A program made the position numbers and the translations under genes. Shown here piece after piece: positions 1 through 9,277 of a DNA stretch of 64,000 nucleotides; the stretch's first letter is position 1; every line of letters begins with the position of its first letter. Location of the stretch: positions 8,007 to 72,006 of the forward strand of contig JBEKIM010000005.1 of assembly GCA_050011755.1 (NCBI GenBank), in the 5' to 3' direction. Origin of the DNA: Bryobacteraceae bacterium. GTDB lineage: Bacteria; Acidobacteriota; Terriglobia; Bryobacterales; Bryobacteraceae. The notes under the pieces were generated by a model, which was given only the letters and a program-made list of their open reading frames with translations, was not told the origin of the DNA and made no database searches.

Positions 1-1739
1 GCCGATGTTTGACCGCTCAGAGCCGGCGGGACCACCAGGTTGATCTGTTGCGCGCCGCTGTAGAGCAGGTTGGCCTTGATTCCATTGAAAGTGACCGACA
101 CATTTTGTCCGGCCATGTGACTCCCCCAAACGGAAGCCAGTTGGCCGGGCGCTACAGGTCCGGGATGGAAATCTGCGGCGTTGGTGATGCCCGTGACCGA
201 GACCGAAGATCCGGCAGGGGTCACCGTCAAGGTAAGCGGAAAGCTCTGGCTGCCGGCGATCGGCCCGGCATCGATCGTTATGGTGGCCTGGTAGGTGCCC
301 GGTGCGAGCTGGCTGGGATCGATCGACACTTGCGTCAACCCATCGTCAACTCCGATAGACTGCGTGAACGAGACCCATCCGGAACCGTTGGTATAGGCGA
401 CACTGGCCGTCCAGTCCAGCACCCCGCCGCGGGCATTCTGAATCGTCAGGTTGGCTACCGCGGTCTGCTTCGATCCGGACACGGCCGTGATCTGCAGTGT
501 GGTCGCCGTCACATGCAACAGCGGATAATAGGCGGCGTTGCAATCCCCTTCGGACGTGCAGTCCGAGGGCGGCGCCACGGCCACGAAGCGCGGGATCGGA
601 GCGGTGGTGGAAGCCGTACCCACCGTGGAGACGGGAGCCAGCGAGACGCTGCTGCTCGATGAGGATGCCGGGGTATTGGGCTGGATGCCGAAGAAATTCG
701 GAATCTGCGCGCTCTCGATGGCAGACGGATTGGCATCCACCACTTCATACACGGCATAGCCTGAGCCGTTCGTGATCGGTACGGCAGTCGCTCCGTTGAG
801 CACCAGCACTCCCGTGTTGCCAGGCGCTGGAAGAGCCGCGAACGTACCGCCTGCGCCGCTGGCGTCCGCATTCAGAACGCGCACCAGCAGCAGGGTATGG
901 CTGCCGGGTACGTACTGGCCGACCGCGGCTTTGCTGCCCAGATCGCCGCCTGACGTAGGCACCGCGGCGCTGGAGCCCGCTACCGCATCGGGCAGATAGA
1001 TGGCGGCTCCGGCAGGGAGGTTCGAGTAGGAAAGCAGGAAGCGGGTGCCGGTATCGCTAGTGGGGTCTTTCGGCTGGAAAGAGGATGCAAAACCTTCCGT
1101 CACACGGGTTGTCTGTTCCGCGGTCCCGGTTGAGAAAAGGCTGCTCAAACTGGCCGAGGAAGGCGTGGGTGAGCCGGTGCAGGTCGCGGCCGAATCCATC
1201 ATGGTCGCCAACAGGCCCTGTTGCCCAATCCCCACTTCGACCGGATTGTTCTGCAGTGCCAGCGATCCCCCGAGATACGCCATGATCAGGGACTGCTGCT
1301 GCAGGCCCAGTTGGTTCACGTTTGCGCGCAGGTCGTCAATGACGATCGAAGCCGTGCCACTCGCGGGAAATGTAAATTGGATGCCGTCGAATGAAATCGT
1401 CTGGTTGGTGACACGCCCGGAGACCCCGGACGGCACGTTACCGTTGCCCATATTAATGCTCAAGTTCGCGTCGGTGGAGTAACCGCTGGCGTTCACCCGG
1501 TTAGTGATCGTGATGGGAAGGTTCACGTTGATCTCTGCGGTGACCGCCGTACCCGGAGTTCCGGTACATTGCAGAATAATATCGCCCAGCCTCTCCGCCA
1601 GGCCTTCGGAATCGACGACCAAAGGCGCGGCGGAAACGGCACAGGTGGTTGGTGTTTGTCCGTACATCTGTACGGACAGCGTTAAGAAGAGTGTTATAGC
1701 GAGAGATTTATAAGAAAAAAGATGAGTATACATGCGCAT
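1..1739 (-). CDS. Secreted protein with Solibacter-type C-terminal domain (TIGR03437-like); 3' end lies outside the window
   Basis: Absent from the supplied ORF track because it is open-ended. The reverse frame starts at ATG 1739 (MRMYTHLFSYKSLAITLFLTLSVQMYGQTPTTCAV..., signal-peptide-like). I read no stop down to position 3. The last visible residues ...GITNAADFHPGPVAPGQLASVWGSHMAGQNVSVTFNGIKANLLYSGAQQINLVVPPALSGQTS resemble the C-terminal modules of the 25560-28910 protein. All track ORFs inside 1-1739 are in other frames and have Arg/Ala/Gly/Pro-rich shadow composition. Confidence 0.75.
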   Translation of the reverse strand, partial: MRMYTHLFSYKSLAITLFLTLSVQMYGQTPTTCAVSAAPLVVDSEGLAERLGDIILQCTGTPGTAVTAEINVNLPITITNRVNASGYSTDANLSINMGNGNVPSGVSGRVTNQTISFDGIQFTFPASGTASIVIDDLRANVNQLGLQQQSLIMAYLGGSLALQNNPVEVGIGQQGLLATMMDSAATCTGSPTPSSASLSSLFSTGTAEQTTRVTEGFASSFQPKDPTSDTGTRFLLSYSNLPAGAAIYLPDAVAGSSAAVPTSGGDLGSKAAVGQYVPGSHTLLLVRVLNADASGAGGTFAALPAPGNTGVLVLNGATAVPITNGSGYAVYEVVDANPSAIESAQIPNFFGIQPNTPASSSSSSVSLAPVSTVGTASTTAPIPRFVAVAPPSDCTSEGDCNAAYYPLLHVTATTLQITAVSGSKQTAVANLTIQNARGGVLDWTASVAYTNGSGWVSFTQSIGVDDGLTQVSIDPSQLAPGTYQATITIDAGPIAGSQSFPLTLTVTPAGSSVSVTGITNAADFHPGPVAPGQLASVWGSHMAGQNVSVTFNGIKANLLYSGAQQINLVVPPALSGQTS

Positions 1740-1806
1740 AGTATAGCCGAAGATCGCGAAGGAAATTCCACGGCTCCCAGCCGCCTCATGCCAACGCCTT
1801 TTCCAT

Positions 1807-2544
1807 CTATCTTGCCTCGTCTTTCTTTTCGTCGTTGCCCGTCAGAGCTTTCAGAGTTTCCGCGTATTCCGGCAGGCGCGCGGCGCCGGCGCGATGCGTT
1901 TCATCGGCTGCCTGGCGCTGGCGCGGCGAGCGCTTCGCCTTCCTTGCCCTTTCGGAAATCATCCAGGTGCGCCGTGACGTCGGATTGCAGCGCTTCGAGG
2001 ATGCGAGCACCGCGGGCAGATCCCGGTAGCGCGCGTGCAGGTCGTCCATCAAGTGGCGTGTGGCGTAGGCGGCTGTGCCCGTCTCAAGCCCGCGCATCGC
2101 GCGCGCAAAGCTCTTCGCGTTCTTCCGGCGTGAGCCGCTTCAGTTTCTGTTTGTTGAGTCGCTTGCCACCGGTGGCCGGAACCAGCAACAGACCGCCGGG
2201 TACTTCAGGAGCTGAAAACCCGCGCCGGTTAGATGTTGGTTCATGCGGGCGAGTTCCTCGCCGCGCCGGGTATCGAGCTCCTCCATCACTTTGTCGCGAT
2301 GGCGCGTGTTCCAGGTAGTCGCGAATCAGCGTGGTCTTTCCCGAGCCGGGCTGGCCCAGGGCGAACAGGTTGAAGCCGGGACCCGCGATGCTGGTGCCAA
2401 ATGCGAATGCGGCAACGGCGCGCGGCTGCCCCAGCACTTCGCCAGCATCGGCAGATCGGTCGAAGTCTCGAAGCTCAGGCTATCCGGGTCTCAAGCTCTT
2501 CTTACGTCGCGAGCGGGCAGTGGGATCGGGTTTGCCATCGACAT
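1807..2544 (-). pseudogene. Decayed remnant of a Lon-like AAA+ protease gene (AAA_32/Lon_C type)
   Basis: Pieces of one protein are scattered over the three reverse frames. They are MSMANPIPLPARDVRR (ATG about 2544), LSFETSTDLPMLA, and EVLGQPRAVAAFAFGTSIAGPGFNLFALGQPGSGKTTLIRDYLEH (Walker A, track ORF 2084-2437). These are followed by LTPEEREEL, ATRHLMDDLHARYRDLPAVLA (track ORF 1807-2097) and, after another shift, ILEALQSDVTAHLDDF. Only about 0.74 kb remains and no protease domain is present. Confidence 0.55.
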
Positions 2545-2628
2545 ATATGGTGCCACGCGGCGCTATTCGTAGCGCAGCGCCAGAAAAGATGGCGGTATAT
2601 CCTGCGGTGGCCGCCCTACGGGGGCCTG

Positions 2629-4413
2629 CTAAACCGCGCATTCGCCGCGGCCGAGTTGCAGCGAGAACGCCGTATCGTCGCCCCAATCCCGATAGATCTC
2701 CGGATGCAATTCCGGCGGCTTGGCGAGGTCGTTGGTAAGACCGCGGAAAGTCTCCACTTTGAAGCGCATGACATACTGCCGGAAGGTCTCGCCTGGCGCG
2801 CGATGCGCTCGATAATGTTCCAGCACGCGCGAAACGGCCTCGGGCGCCAGCCGCGCGGGCACGCTCTGCACGGCCATTCCGAAGCGCATCACGCCTTCTT
2901 CGTCGAAGCCGCCACCCAGCAACATCTGGTAGTACGGAACTTCGCGGCCGTCGATTTTGCGCGCGTTTCCGTAGAAGCCGAAGTCCGCGATCCAATGCTG
3001 GCCGCAGGAATTCGGACAGCCGCTGACCTTGATGGAAAGCTTGCGCACCAACGGGTCGTCGTAGTGGCGCACCACGTCCTGCAGTGCCGCGCCCAGGTTC
3101 ATGGACTTGGTCAGCGCCAGGTTGCAAGAGTAGGCTCCCGGGCAAGTTGTAACATCGCCAATCTCCCGCGCGCCGGCTTCGCCCAGGCCCATGCCGCGCA
3201 ACGCCGCATGCAGTCCGCGCAGCTTGCCGAGCGGAATGAATCCCAGCAGGATATTCTGGTCGATCCCGATGCGCAGCAGGCCGTCGCCCGCATCCGCCGC
3301 CAAGGACGCCAGGCCGCGCATCTGTGCGCTGCTCAAATTGCCCTGATCCACGCGCACCACTACAGTCGCGTAGCCGCTGTGCTTCTGCTCGATCGCATTG
3401 GTCTCGAGCCACTGGTCGTATTGCGGATCGCCGGTGCCATTGGTCCGTATAACCGGCAGGAGCGCGCCCTGGCCGAGTGGCTGAGGGTGCGACTCGTATC
3501 CGCCGAATCCTTCGGGCACCCATGCGGGCCAGGCGATACCGCCGTTTTCCAGAATATCGGCATACTCGCGCTCGATCTGCTCGCGCAGCCAGTCGATGCC
3601 CCGCTCGCGCAACACGAATTTCATGCGCGCCTTGTTGCGGTTCTGGCGGTTGCCGAATTTGTTGAACACGCGGACTACAGCCTCGCAACGGTTCATCAGA
3701 CGATCCTCGGGCAGGAACTCGTCGAGCAATTGCGCCTCGGTGGGCAGCGGCCCAAGCCCGCCGCCGATCAACACCCGGAACCCGCGCCGGCCATCGCGGA
3801 TTTGCGCGCGTAAGCCAATATCGTTGATCGCGCCGGCAATGCAATCGTTGTCGCGGCACCCGTCGAATGCGATCTTGAACTTGCGCGGAAGGTTGCCGGT
3901 GAGGTCCTTGCGCAGGAACGCATAGGCGATACGCTGGGCGTAGGGGCGCACGTCGAAGACTTCGTTGCGGCTCAGGCCCGCCAATGCGCACGTGGTCACG
4001 TTGCGCACGGTGTTGTAGCAGGCCTCCCGATTGGTGAGGCCCACGTCCGCCAACAGGTGCATGACATCGGCAGTCTGCGCCAGCGGCACGAAATGATATT
4101 GCAAGTTCTGGCGAGTCGTGATGTGGCCCTTGCCGCCCGCGAAAGTGTCGCTGATGTGCGCCAGTTGTTCCATCTGCGCGGCGGTCAACAGCCCGCCGGG
4201 AATCTTGCAGCGCACCATCTGGACCCCGGGTTGCCGCTGACCGTAGATGCCGTGCTTCAGGCGGAACGGGCGGAATTCGTCTTCCGGGATTTCCCCCGCC
4301 AGAAAGGCGCTGGCCTTGCGGCGGAAGGTTTCGATTTCTTCGCGGACCAGCCGGTCGTGCTGGTGTTCAAAGTCCTCGCGGACACTGAGATTGTCTTCGA
4401 TCAGGGCGGCCAT
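2629..4413 (-). CDS. Nitrite/sulfite reductase family hemoprotein (ferredoxin-dependent sulfite reductase-like)
   Basis: 594-aa ORF. The N-terminal FRPFRLKHGIYGQRQ...KIPGG motif and the siroheme/4Fe-4S cysteine cluster (TTCPGAYSCNLALTKS ... VSGCPNSCGQHW) are typical of the family. Sulfite versus nitrite specificity cannot be decided by eye. Confidence 0.88.
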   Translation of the reverse strand: MAALIEDNLSVREDFEHQHDRLVREEIETFRRKASAFLAGEIPEDEFRPFRLKHGIYGQRQPGVQMVRCKIPGGLLTAAQMEQLAHISDTFAGGKGHITTRQNLQYHFVPLAQTADVMHLLADVGLTNREACYNTVRNVTTCALAGLSRNEVFDVRPYAQRIAYAFLRKDLTGNLPRKFKIAFDGCRDNDCIAGAINDIGLRAQIRDGRRGFRVLIGGGLGPLPTEAQLLDEFLPEDRLMNRCEAVVRVFNKFGNRQNRNKARMKFVLRERGIDWLREQIEREYADILENGGIAWPAWVPEGFGGYESHPQPLGQGALLPVIRTNGTGDPQYDQWLETNAIEQKHSGYATVVVRVDQGNLSSAQMRGLASLAADAGDGLLRIGIDQNILLGFIPLGKLRGLHAALRGMGLGEAGAREIGDVTTCPGAYSCNLALTKSMNLGAALQDVVRHYDDPLVRKLSIKVSGCPNSCGQHWIADFGFYGNARKIDGREVPYYQMLLGGGFDEEGVMRFGMAVQSVPARLAPEAVSRVLEHYRAHRAPGETFRQYVMRFKVETFRGLTNDLAKPPELHPEIYRDWGDDTAFSLQLGRGECAV

Positions 4414-4507
4414 AGAGAATCTCCCTATTGCCTATAGAGATTAGCATGAATATGAAAAGGATGCAAGTGATTGCGCTCCTCGGTAGTCCTCCGTGTGTGT
4501 GGATATC

Positions 4508-4551
4508 AAAAATAAAGGCCAGGAGAGCCCCTTACGGCGCCCGCCTGGCCT
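4508..4551 (-). terminator. Rho-independent terminator downstream of the S53 peptidase gene
   Basis: On the reverse strand, an 8-bp stem AGGCCAGG/CCTGGCCT with a 20-nt loop is followed by TTATTTTT. It begins about 29 nt after the stop codon at 4580. Confidence 0.6.
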
Positions 4552-4579
4552 GGTCTATCGGACCCAAAAAGCCGGATCG

Positions 4580-7500
4580 CTATTTCACCGTCTGTTTCAA
4601 AACCGCGGATGCGGACGCGCTGAAATCCGCATTGCCGGCGTAAGTCGCCTGGATAGACAACGTGCCGGCGGGCAGCGTAGACGTAGTGAATGTGGCCTTA
4701 TGGGTTGTGGCATTTACGGTACCCGTGCCGATCGCGGTGGTGCCTCTCTTAAAGGTCACCGTACCCGCGGGGCTGCCCCCATGCGCGGGCGTTACCGTTG
4801 CCGTAAACGTAACCGCTTGGCCCTGGTTCGAGGGGTTCGGGGAAGATATAAGCGTTGTCGTGGTGCTCGCCTTGTCAACCGTCTGCGTCAGCGGCGCCGA
4901 AACGCTCGCGGTGAAGTAAGTGGCGCCTGCATAAGACGCAGTGATGGAATGAGAGCCCACCGCCAGCTTGGTGGTGGTCAGCGTGGCTTTTCCGCCACTG
5001 AGTGTACCGGTGCCCAGCGCCGTAGTGCCGCTCTTGAAGGTCACGGTCCCCGTGGGTGTGCCGCCGATCGAAGTCACAGTCGCGGTGAAAGTCACACTCT
5101 GGTTGTATTGGGAGGGGTTCACGGAGGAAGTCACCGCGGTCGTCGTGCTTGCCGTGACGGTGAAAGTGCCCGATTCATTACCCTCGACGTTGCCTGCCTT
5201 GTCCGTGCTGTGGTAGAGCAACGAATGGCTGCCCGCGGCCGAAACGGAGAATGGCGCCGTATAGGTCTGGACCGCGCCGCCATCGAGTTGATAGACGGTG
5301 CTGGCGACACCGCTGGCATTGTCAGTCGCGGTGAGTGTTACCTGGACAGGAGCCGCGCTGCCGTTCACGCTGGCCGTGGTATGCGGTGCGATGGTGTCGT
5401 AGCCCACCGGACCAAACGTAGAGAGCGCGCCCACGCCCGTGTTGTCCCAAGCCCGCACGTTGATCGTGTGCATTCCCTGGCTCACCAGGCTCCCCGCGCA
5501 CGGGGAGGCGCCCGTGAAATCCGCGCAGCCGCTGGTGGCGTTGGGGGCTAGCGGCCCACTATAGAATGAGTTTCCCGCGCCCGGTGTAGCTTCGGCAGTC
5601 ACGTCGCCCGGATCTGTATCCCAAGCCGCGCTGAAGCCCGCCACGCCCGTCGCCGGATTGCCATTCTCGCTGGTATCGCTAATCGTCCAGTTCACGGTTT
5701 GGTTGGTGTTATACCAATGGCCCGCGGTCGGGCCGGTGAATTTAACGGTAGGCGCGCCGAAGTCGCCTGCGCGGTAAGTGTTGATCGCCCAAGCCAGTTG
5801 CAGCATATTAAACGATCCCCACCCGGTGGCCTGGTCGTAGCCTGTGCCGGCGCAAAAGTAAGGCAGGTGGTACTCGGCGGTAATGTTGTTGCTGTTACAG
5901 CCGGAAGTGACGTCATAGAACGGATAGTGCGGCGCGTAGGTCGGGTTCAGTCCGAAGTAATAAATATACTGGTTCCCGTTGCCGATCGGCGCGCAGGGCT
6001 CGCCCGAATAACATCCGCCCGTAAGACTCCCGACATAGAGTAAGTAAGCGTTCACCTGGGCGAAGAAGCCGGCGGTCTGGGGCGCCACGATGCTGGTGCC
6101 GCCATTACCCTGCAGTTTACCTTCGTAGTACATATTCTGCGGGGTGTTATACCAATCGGCATTGAGCGCGATATCGGGGACCTTTCGCAGCGCGCCGTTG
6201 GGCAGGCCCTGATACGGCTGCGCTTGCCAGTAGGCGCTGACGCCGCCGCCGCCGCCGCCATCGTTGGTCGAGCAACCCTCCGGACCTCCGCTCCAGGTGA
6301 CTTCGTAGTTGAATACGGGACCTGTAAACAGCGACAGTGTAAGTCCGCCCGCCGAAACCAGATTGGGGTCCGAGGCGGGATAAGTCACCGCGTCGGATTT
6401 CCCGCAGCCCGTCACGGCGCCGTTATCGCCGGCGGCCGAAACCATCGTCCAGCCCTGGCCGATCATGGAGTTGAAAATACCGTGGTCCGTATTCATGACC
6501 GCTTCGGACTCGCAGGAGATTTCGGCGCAACCATAACTGGTGCTGAAAACGCGTGCGTAGCCGTTGCTCAACATCTGGTTGTAAACGTCCTCAAACGTCC
6601 CGAGATTGGCATTAGCTCCGTTGTACATATAAACCATGGCGGTATCGACATAGCTTCCGAAACTGTTGGACATCGCGGTGGACCATTCCAGATCCATGGT
6701 TCCCTCGCCGTCGCAGCAGGCCGGCGTACCGTCGACCGAGATCTGCTCGTAATGGCCGGCCAGGTAGGGGTAGGTGCCCAGAAAGCCGGAGATATCGCTT
6801 TGACTCTGCGTGCCCGCCGTAGCGATCGCGATCGACGACGCGGGCGGCGTGGTGCTGGCATTGTTCAACGGATTGCAGCAGTGGCCCAGGGCCTCCAGCG
6901 CGTTGGTGTCGTAAGCCTGTGAACTGTAGACATCGGTAGGATCGTACGCCCCGTTCGTAATACTAGGCAACGCGCCCTTCAGCCGGCTGCCGTCTCCGTC
7001 CTGGCCCCAGGGCTGTCCTTCGGTAACCACCGGACCGGGCGAGTAGACGGGAAAGGCGGGCTGCGCCAAGCCATGATTCGCGGGCGTCAGAAACTGCAGA
7101 TTATTCAGGCCCGCCACCGACTGTATGACGCCTGTCAAACTGGCCGGAAGCACCGGATCGCGATCGTTGGAAAAGTAGGTGGCGCCTTGCCACTGGTAGC
7201 TATTGATGGTCACGGCCAGCGCACGCTCGATCACCGAGACGGGGGCCTGCACGTCGACCAGGAGGCGGTTGGGATAGCGCTCGGTGACGGTCAAGCCGTT
7301 GGCTTGCGCCCAATTCAACAAGGCCTGCTCGTTCTGCTGCGACGGAGAGAATCGTGCGATCCACTCGTCCGCCGTCAGGAAATGTTGAAACTCCGGCGAC
7401 CCCTTCGTCTGCAGGGCGGCCAGGAACTGTTCCTCCTCCGCGACGTGCGGCCTTTGCATGCCGAAGACCAACCGCAGCATTTGGCCGGGATTGTAATGCC

Positions 7501-7657
7501 CGGCCGCGACCGCCGTGCCATTCACGACGGCGGGCGGGGTGATCCCCGCGAGAGGCGTCCCGGCGCCCGTCTGGGCCAATGCCGGAATCGCCGCGGCGAG
7601 AGACAATAGAACGGCCGCTGCGATACGTGGCGCGGCCTTCGTGCGAATGATATTCAT
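4580..7657 (-). CDS. S53 family serine peptidase (sedolisin) with pro-kumamolisin activation domain and C-terminal Ig-like repeats
   Basis: The activation domain reads ...FLTADEWIARFSPSQQNEQALLNWAQANGLTV... Sedolisin motifs GEGTMDLEWS and GGTSIVAPQTAG are present. Repeated C-terminal units GTVTFK.GTTA.GTGT... follow. I moved the start to ATG 7657 (MNIIRTKAAPRIAAAVLLSLAAAIPALAQ signal peptide, GGAGG about 8 nt upstream) instead of the track start 7735. Confidence 0.88.
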   Translation of the reverse strand: MNIIRTKAAPRIAAAVLLSLAAAIPALAQTGAGTPLAGITPPAVVNGTAVAAGHYNPGQMLRLVFGMQRPHVAEEEQFLAALQTKGSPEFQHFLTADEWIARFSPSQQNEQALLNWAQANGLTVTERYPNRLLVDVQAPVSVIERALAVTINSYQWQGATYFSNDRDPVLPASLTGVIQSVAGLNNLQFLTPANHGLAQPAFPVYSPGPVVTEGQPWGQDGDGSRLKGALPSITNGAYDPTDVYSSQAYDTNALEALGHCCNPLNNASTTPPASSIAIATAGTQSQSDISGFLGTYPYLAGHYEQISVDGTPACCDGEGTMDLEWSTAMSNSFGSYVDTAMVYMYNGANANLGTFEDVYNQMLSNGYARVFSTSYGCAEISCESEAVMNTDHGIFNSMIGQGWTMVSAAGDNGAVTGCGKSDAVTYPASDPNLVSAGGLTLSLFTGPVFNYEVTWSGGPEGCSTNDGGGGGGVSAYWQAQPYQGLPNGALRKVPDIALNADWYNTPQNMYYEGKLQGNGGTSIVAPQTAGFFAQVNAYLLYVGSLTGGCYSGEPCAPIGNGNQYIYYFGLNPTYAPHYPFYDVTSGCNSNNITAEYHLPYFCAGTGYDQATGWGSFNMLQLAWAINTYRAGDFGAPTVKFTGPTAGHWYNTNQTVNWTISDTSENGNPATGVAGFSAAWDTDPGDVTAEATPGAGNSFYSGPLAPNATSGCADFTGASPCAGSLVSQGMHTINVRAWDNTGVGALSTFGPVGYDTIAPHTTASVNGSAAPVQVTLTATDNASGVASTVYQLDGGAVQTYTAPFSVSAAGSHSLLYHSTDKAGNVEGNESGTFTVTASTTTAVTSSVNPSQYNQSVTFTATVTSIGGTPTGTVTFKSGTTALGTGTLSGGKATLTTTKLAVGSHSITASYAGATYFTASVSAPLTQTVDKASTTTTLISSPNPSNQGQAVTFTATVTPAHGGSPAGTVTFKRGTTAIGTGTVNATTHKATFTTSTLPAGTLSIQATYAGNADFSASASAVLKQTVK

Positions 7658-7831
7658 ATGTATCCTCCCCCTGGCCGAAGCCAAGTGACGATGAAGTATA
7701 CCATTTCGTGTACAGCCACGGAAGTAAATCCACATACCTATGTGGGCCTTTCCCCGGCTAGCTTGAGTTATAGGAGTAACAGAACCGGTACTAGTGTTCC
7801 TGTTCCAAGATTAGGGAGATCACCCGAGGAT

Positions 7832-7941
7832 AGCGTGCCGGCGGGACTTTTTGGTGGGGCAGGCGTCTACGCCTGCAGAGGGTCTCCAGACCCGATCTCT
7901 GGCGAGCGTAACTCGCCAGAGCGGGACTTTTTAGGTCCCGC
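7832..7941. repeat. Mosaic GC-rich hairpin repeat cluster (REP/BIME-like), locus a
   Basis: The cluster reads AGCGTGCCGGCGGGACTTTTT, then hairpins AGGCGT-CT-ACGCCT, GGGTCT-CC-AGACCC and CTGGCGAG-CGTAA-CTCGCCAG, then GCGGGACTTTTTAGGTCCCGC. It shares the GCGTGCCGGCGGGACTTTT and GCGGGAC...GTCCCGC modules with the other loci. It lies between the pfp stop and the S53 start. Confidence 0.7.
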
Positions 7942-7960
7942 TCAAGCTTGGCCCCGCCCG

Positions 7961-9145
7961 TTACGCCCGGGTAAGGAAAATCGGCAGTCCCAGCTTGTTC
8001 GCGTAATTAGGCCGGTACCGCCGGGTGTTGTACATGGTCTCCAGGTCGACCCGGCGCGATCCCAGCTTCGGGTCCGGTATCGGCACCGCCGCATAACAAC
8101 CGGCGGAAATGGCCATCATCACCCCGTGTTGGCCCTGCTGGATGCAATCCATCGCCATGCTGGCAAACGTGGACGCCACCATCTTATCCACGAAATCCGG
8201 ACTGCCGCTGCGCAGGTCGTAAGTCAGATCGCTGACGATAGTCTCTTCGCCGGTCGTCTTCTTAATCTCTTCGGCCAGATCCTCGCCCACATTCATCTTC
8301 TTCTTATGGCCAAAGGCGTCCGCCTCGCCGACTTCCTTTACCTGGTAACCCTCCCACTCCGCGCCTTCGGAAAGGATAATCAGGGCATAGTTGCTCGGGT
8401 TGTACTGTTTGTCGGTAATCAACAGCTCGATAAGGTGCTGCAGATTGAACTTGTATTCGGGGATGCAGCATCGCATCGACGTGACATAGGCCGTGTACAG
8501 TGCCGTATATCCGGCGTCCCGTCCGAAGATGCGGAACACGCCGATGCGCTCGTGCGAGCCGACCGTAGTGCGCTGCCGCTCGATGGCCTCGGTCGCGCGC
8601 GTGATGGCCGTTGAAAACCCGATGCAATACTCGGTATTGCGCACGTCGTTGTCCATCGTTTTCGGGATCGCGATGACCTTGAAACCCTCCGTGTCCAGGC
8701 GCGCCGCGTAGCTCAGTGTATCGTCGCCGCCGATGGCGATCAGGTAATCCAGGCCCAGCGTTTCCACGTTCTTCAGCACGCGGGTGGTCATATCGTAGAC
8801 CGTAGATGTGACACCCTTCTTGGTCATCTCGGCCTTGGGGAATTCCACGCCCTTCACCACTGGCGGCAAGGCCTTCATCTTGGCCGGGTTGGTGCGGGAA
8901 CTATGCAGGTAAGTACCGCCCGTGCGGTCGATCGTGCGCGTGTTCTCGCGATTGAGCGGCAAAATATAGCGCGCCCGGCTCGCTGGATCGTCCAGGTTGA
9001 CATGCGTCAGGCCTTCCCAGCCACGCCGAATACCGATGACTTCGCAATCGATTTCGCTTCCTCTATAAACTACGGTCTTGATGACGGAATTCAGGCCCGG
9101 CACGTCTCCGCCGCCGGTGAGTATACCGATCCGCTTCGCAGGCAT
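7961..9145 (-). CDS. pfp: 6-phosphofructokinase, predicted pyrophosphate-dependent (PPi-PFK)
   Basis: PFK family motifs GILTGGGDVPGLN, IGGDDTLSYA and IPKTMDNDV are present. The Asp in GGDD and the Lys in PKTxDND are the residues associated with PPi rather than ATP use. Start set to ATG 9145 (MPAKRIGIL, GAAGGAG upstream). Confidence 0.85.
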   Translation of the reverse strand: MPAKRIGILTGGGDVPGLNSVIKTVVYRGSEIDCEVIGIRRGWEGLTHVNLDDPASRARYILPLNRENTRTIDRTGGTYLHSSRTNPAKMKALPPVVKGVEFPKAEMTKKGVTSTVYDMTTRVLKNVETLGLDYLIAIGGDDTLSYAARLDTEGFKVIAIPKTMDNDVRNTEYCIGFSTAITRATEAIERQRTTVGSHERIGVFRIFGRDAGYTALYTAYVTSMRCCIPEYKFNLQHLIELLITDKQYNPSNYALIILSEGAEWEGYQVKEVGEADAFGHKKKMNVGEDLAEEIKKTTGEETIVSDLTYDLRSGSPDFVDKMVASTFASMAMDCIQQGQHGVMMAISAGCYAAVPIPDPKLGSRRVDLETMYNTRRYRPNYANKLGLPIFLTRA

Positions 9146-9277
9146 TAATGCTCCTTCAGGGTGGGAATTTAACACCCTATTATAGAGTACGGCGCAGCCC
9201 TCCGCGCTCGAACTCGCGAACTCCAGCAGCCCATCCCCCGCATGCTATCCTGGAAATCATACGAGGGCCTCGTCCAA

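Noticed and set aside
9-1482. Forward-strand track ORFs 9-662, 772-999 and 1045-1482 lie at the left edge.
   Set aside because: They are antisense to a continuous reverse-strand reading frame that has a signal peptide and a recognisable C-terminal domain. Their own translations are Arg/Gly-rich and lack motifs.
2401-3991. Long ORFs 2401-3813 (+, 470 aa) and 2480-3991 (-, 503 aa) overlap the sulfite reductase gene.
   Set aside because: Their composition is Arg/Ala/Gly/Pro-rich and low in complexity, with no recognisable motifs. They lie entirely within a well-supported 594-aa reductase gene, so they are typical high-GC shadow ORFs.
7658-8614. ORF 7658-8614 (+, 318 aa) spans the intergenic repeat cluster and runs antisense to the PFK gene.
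   Set aside because: It reads through hairpin repeats and the opposite strand of a canonical PFK gene. No motifs are present.
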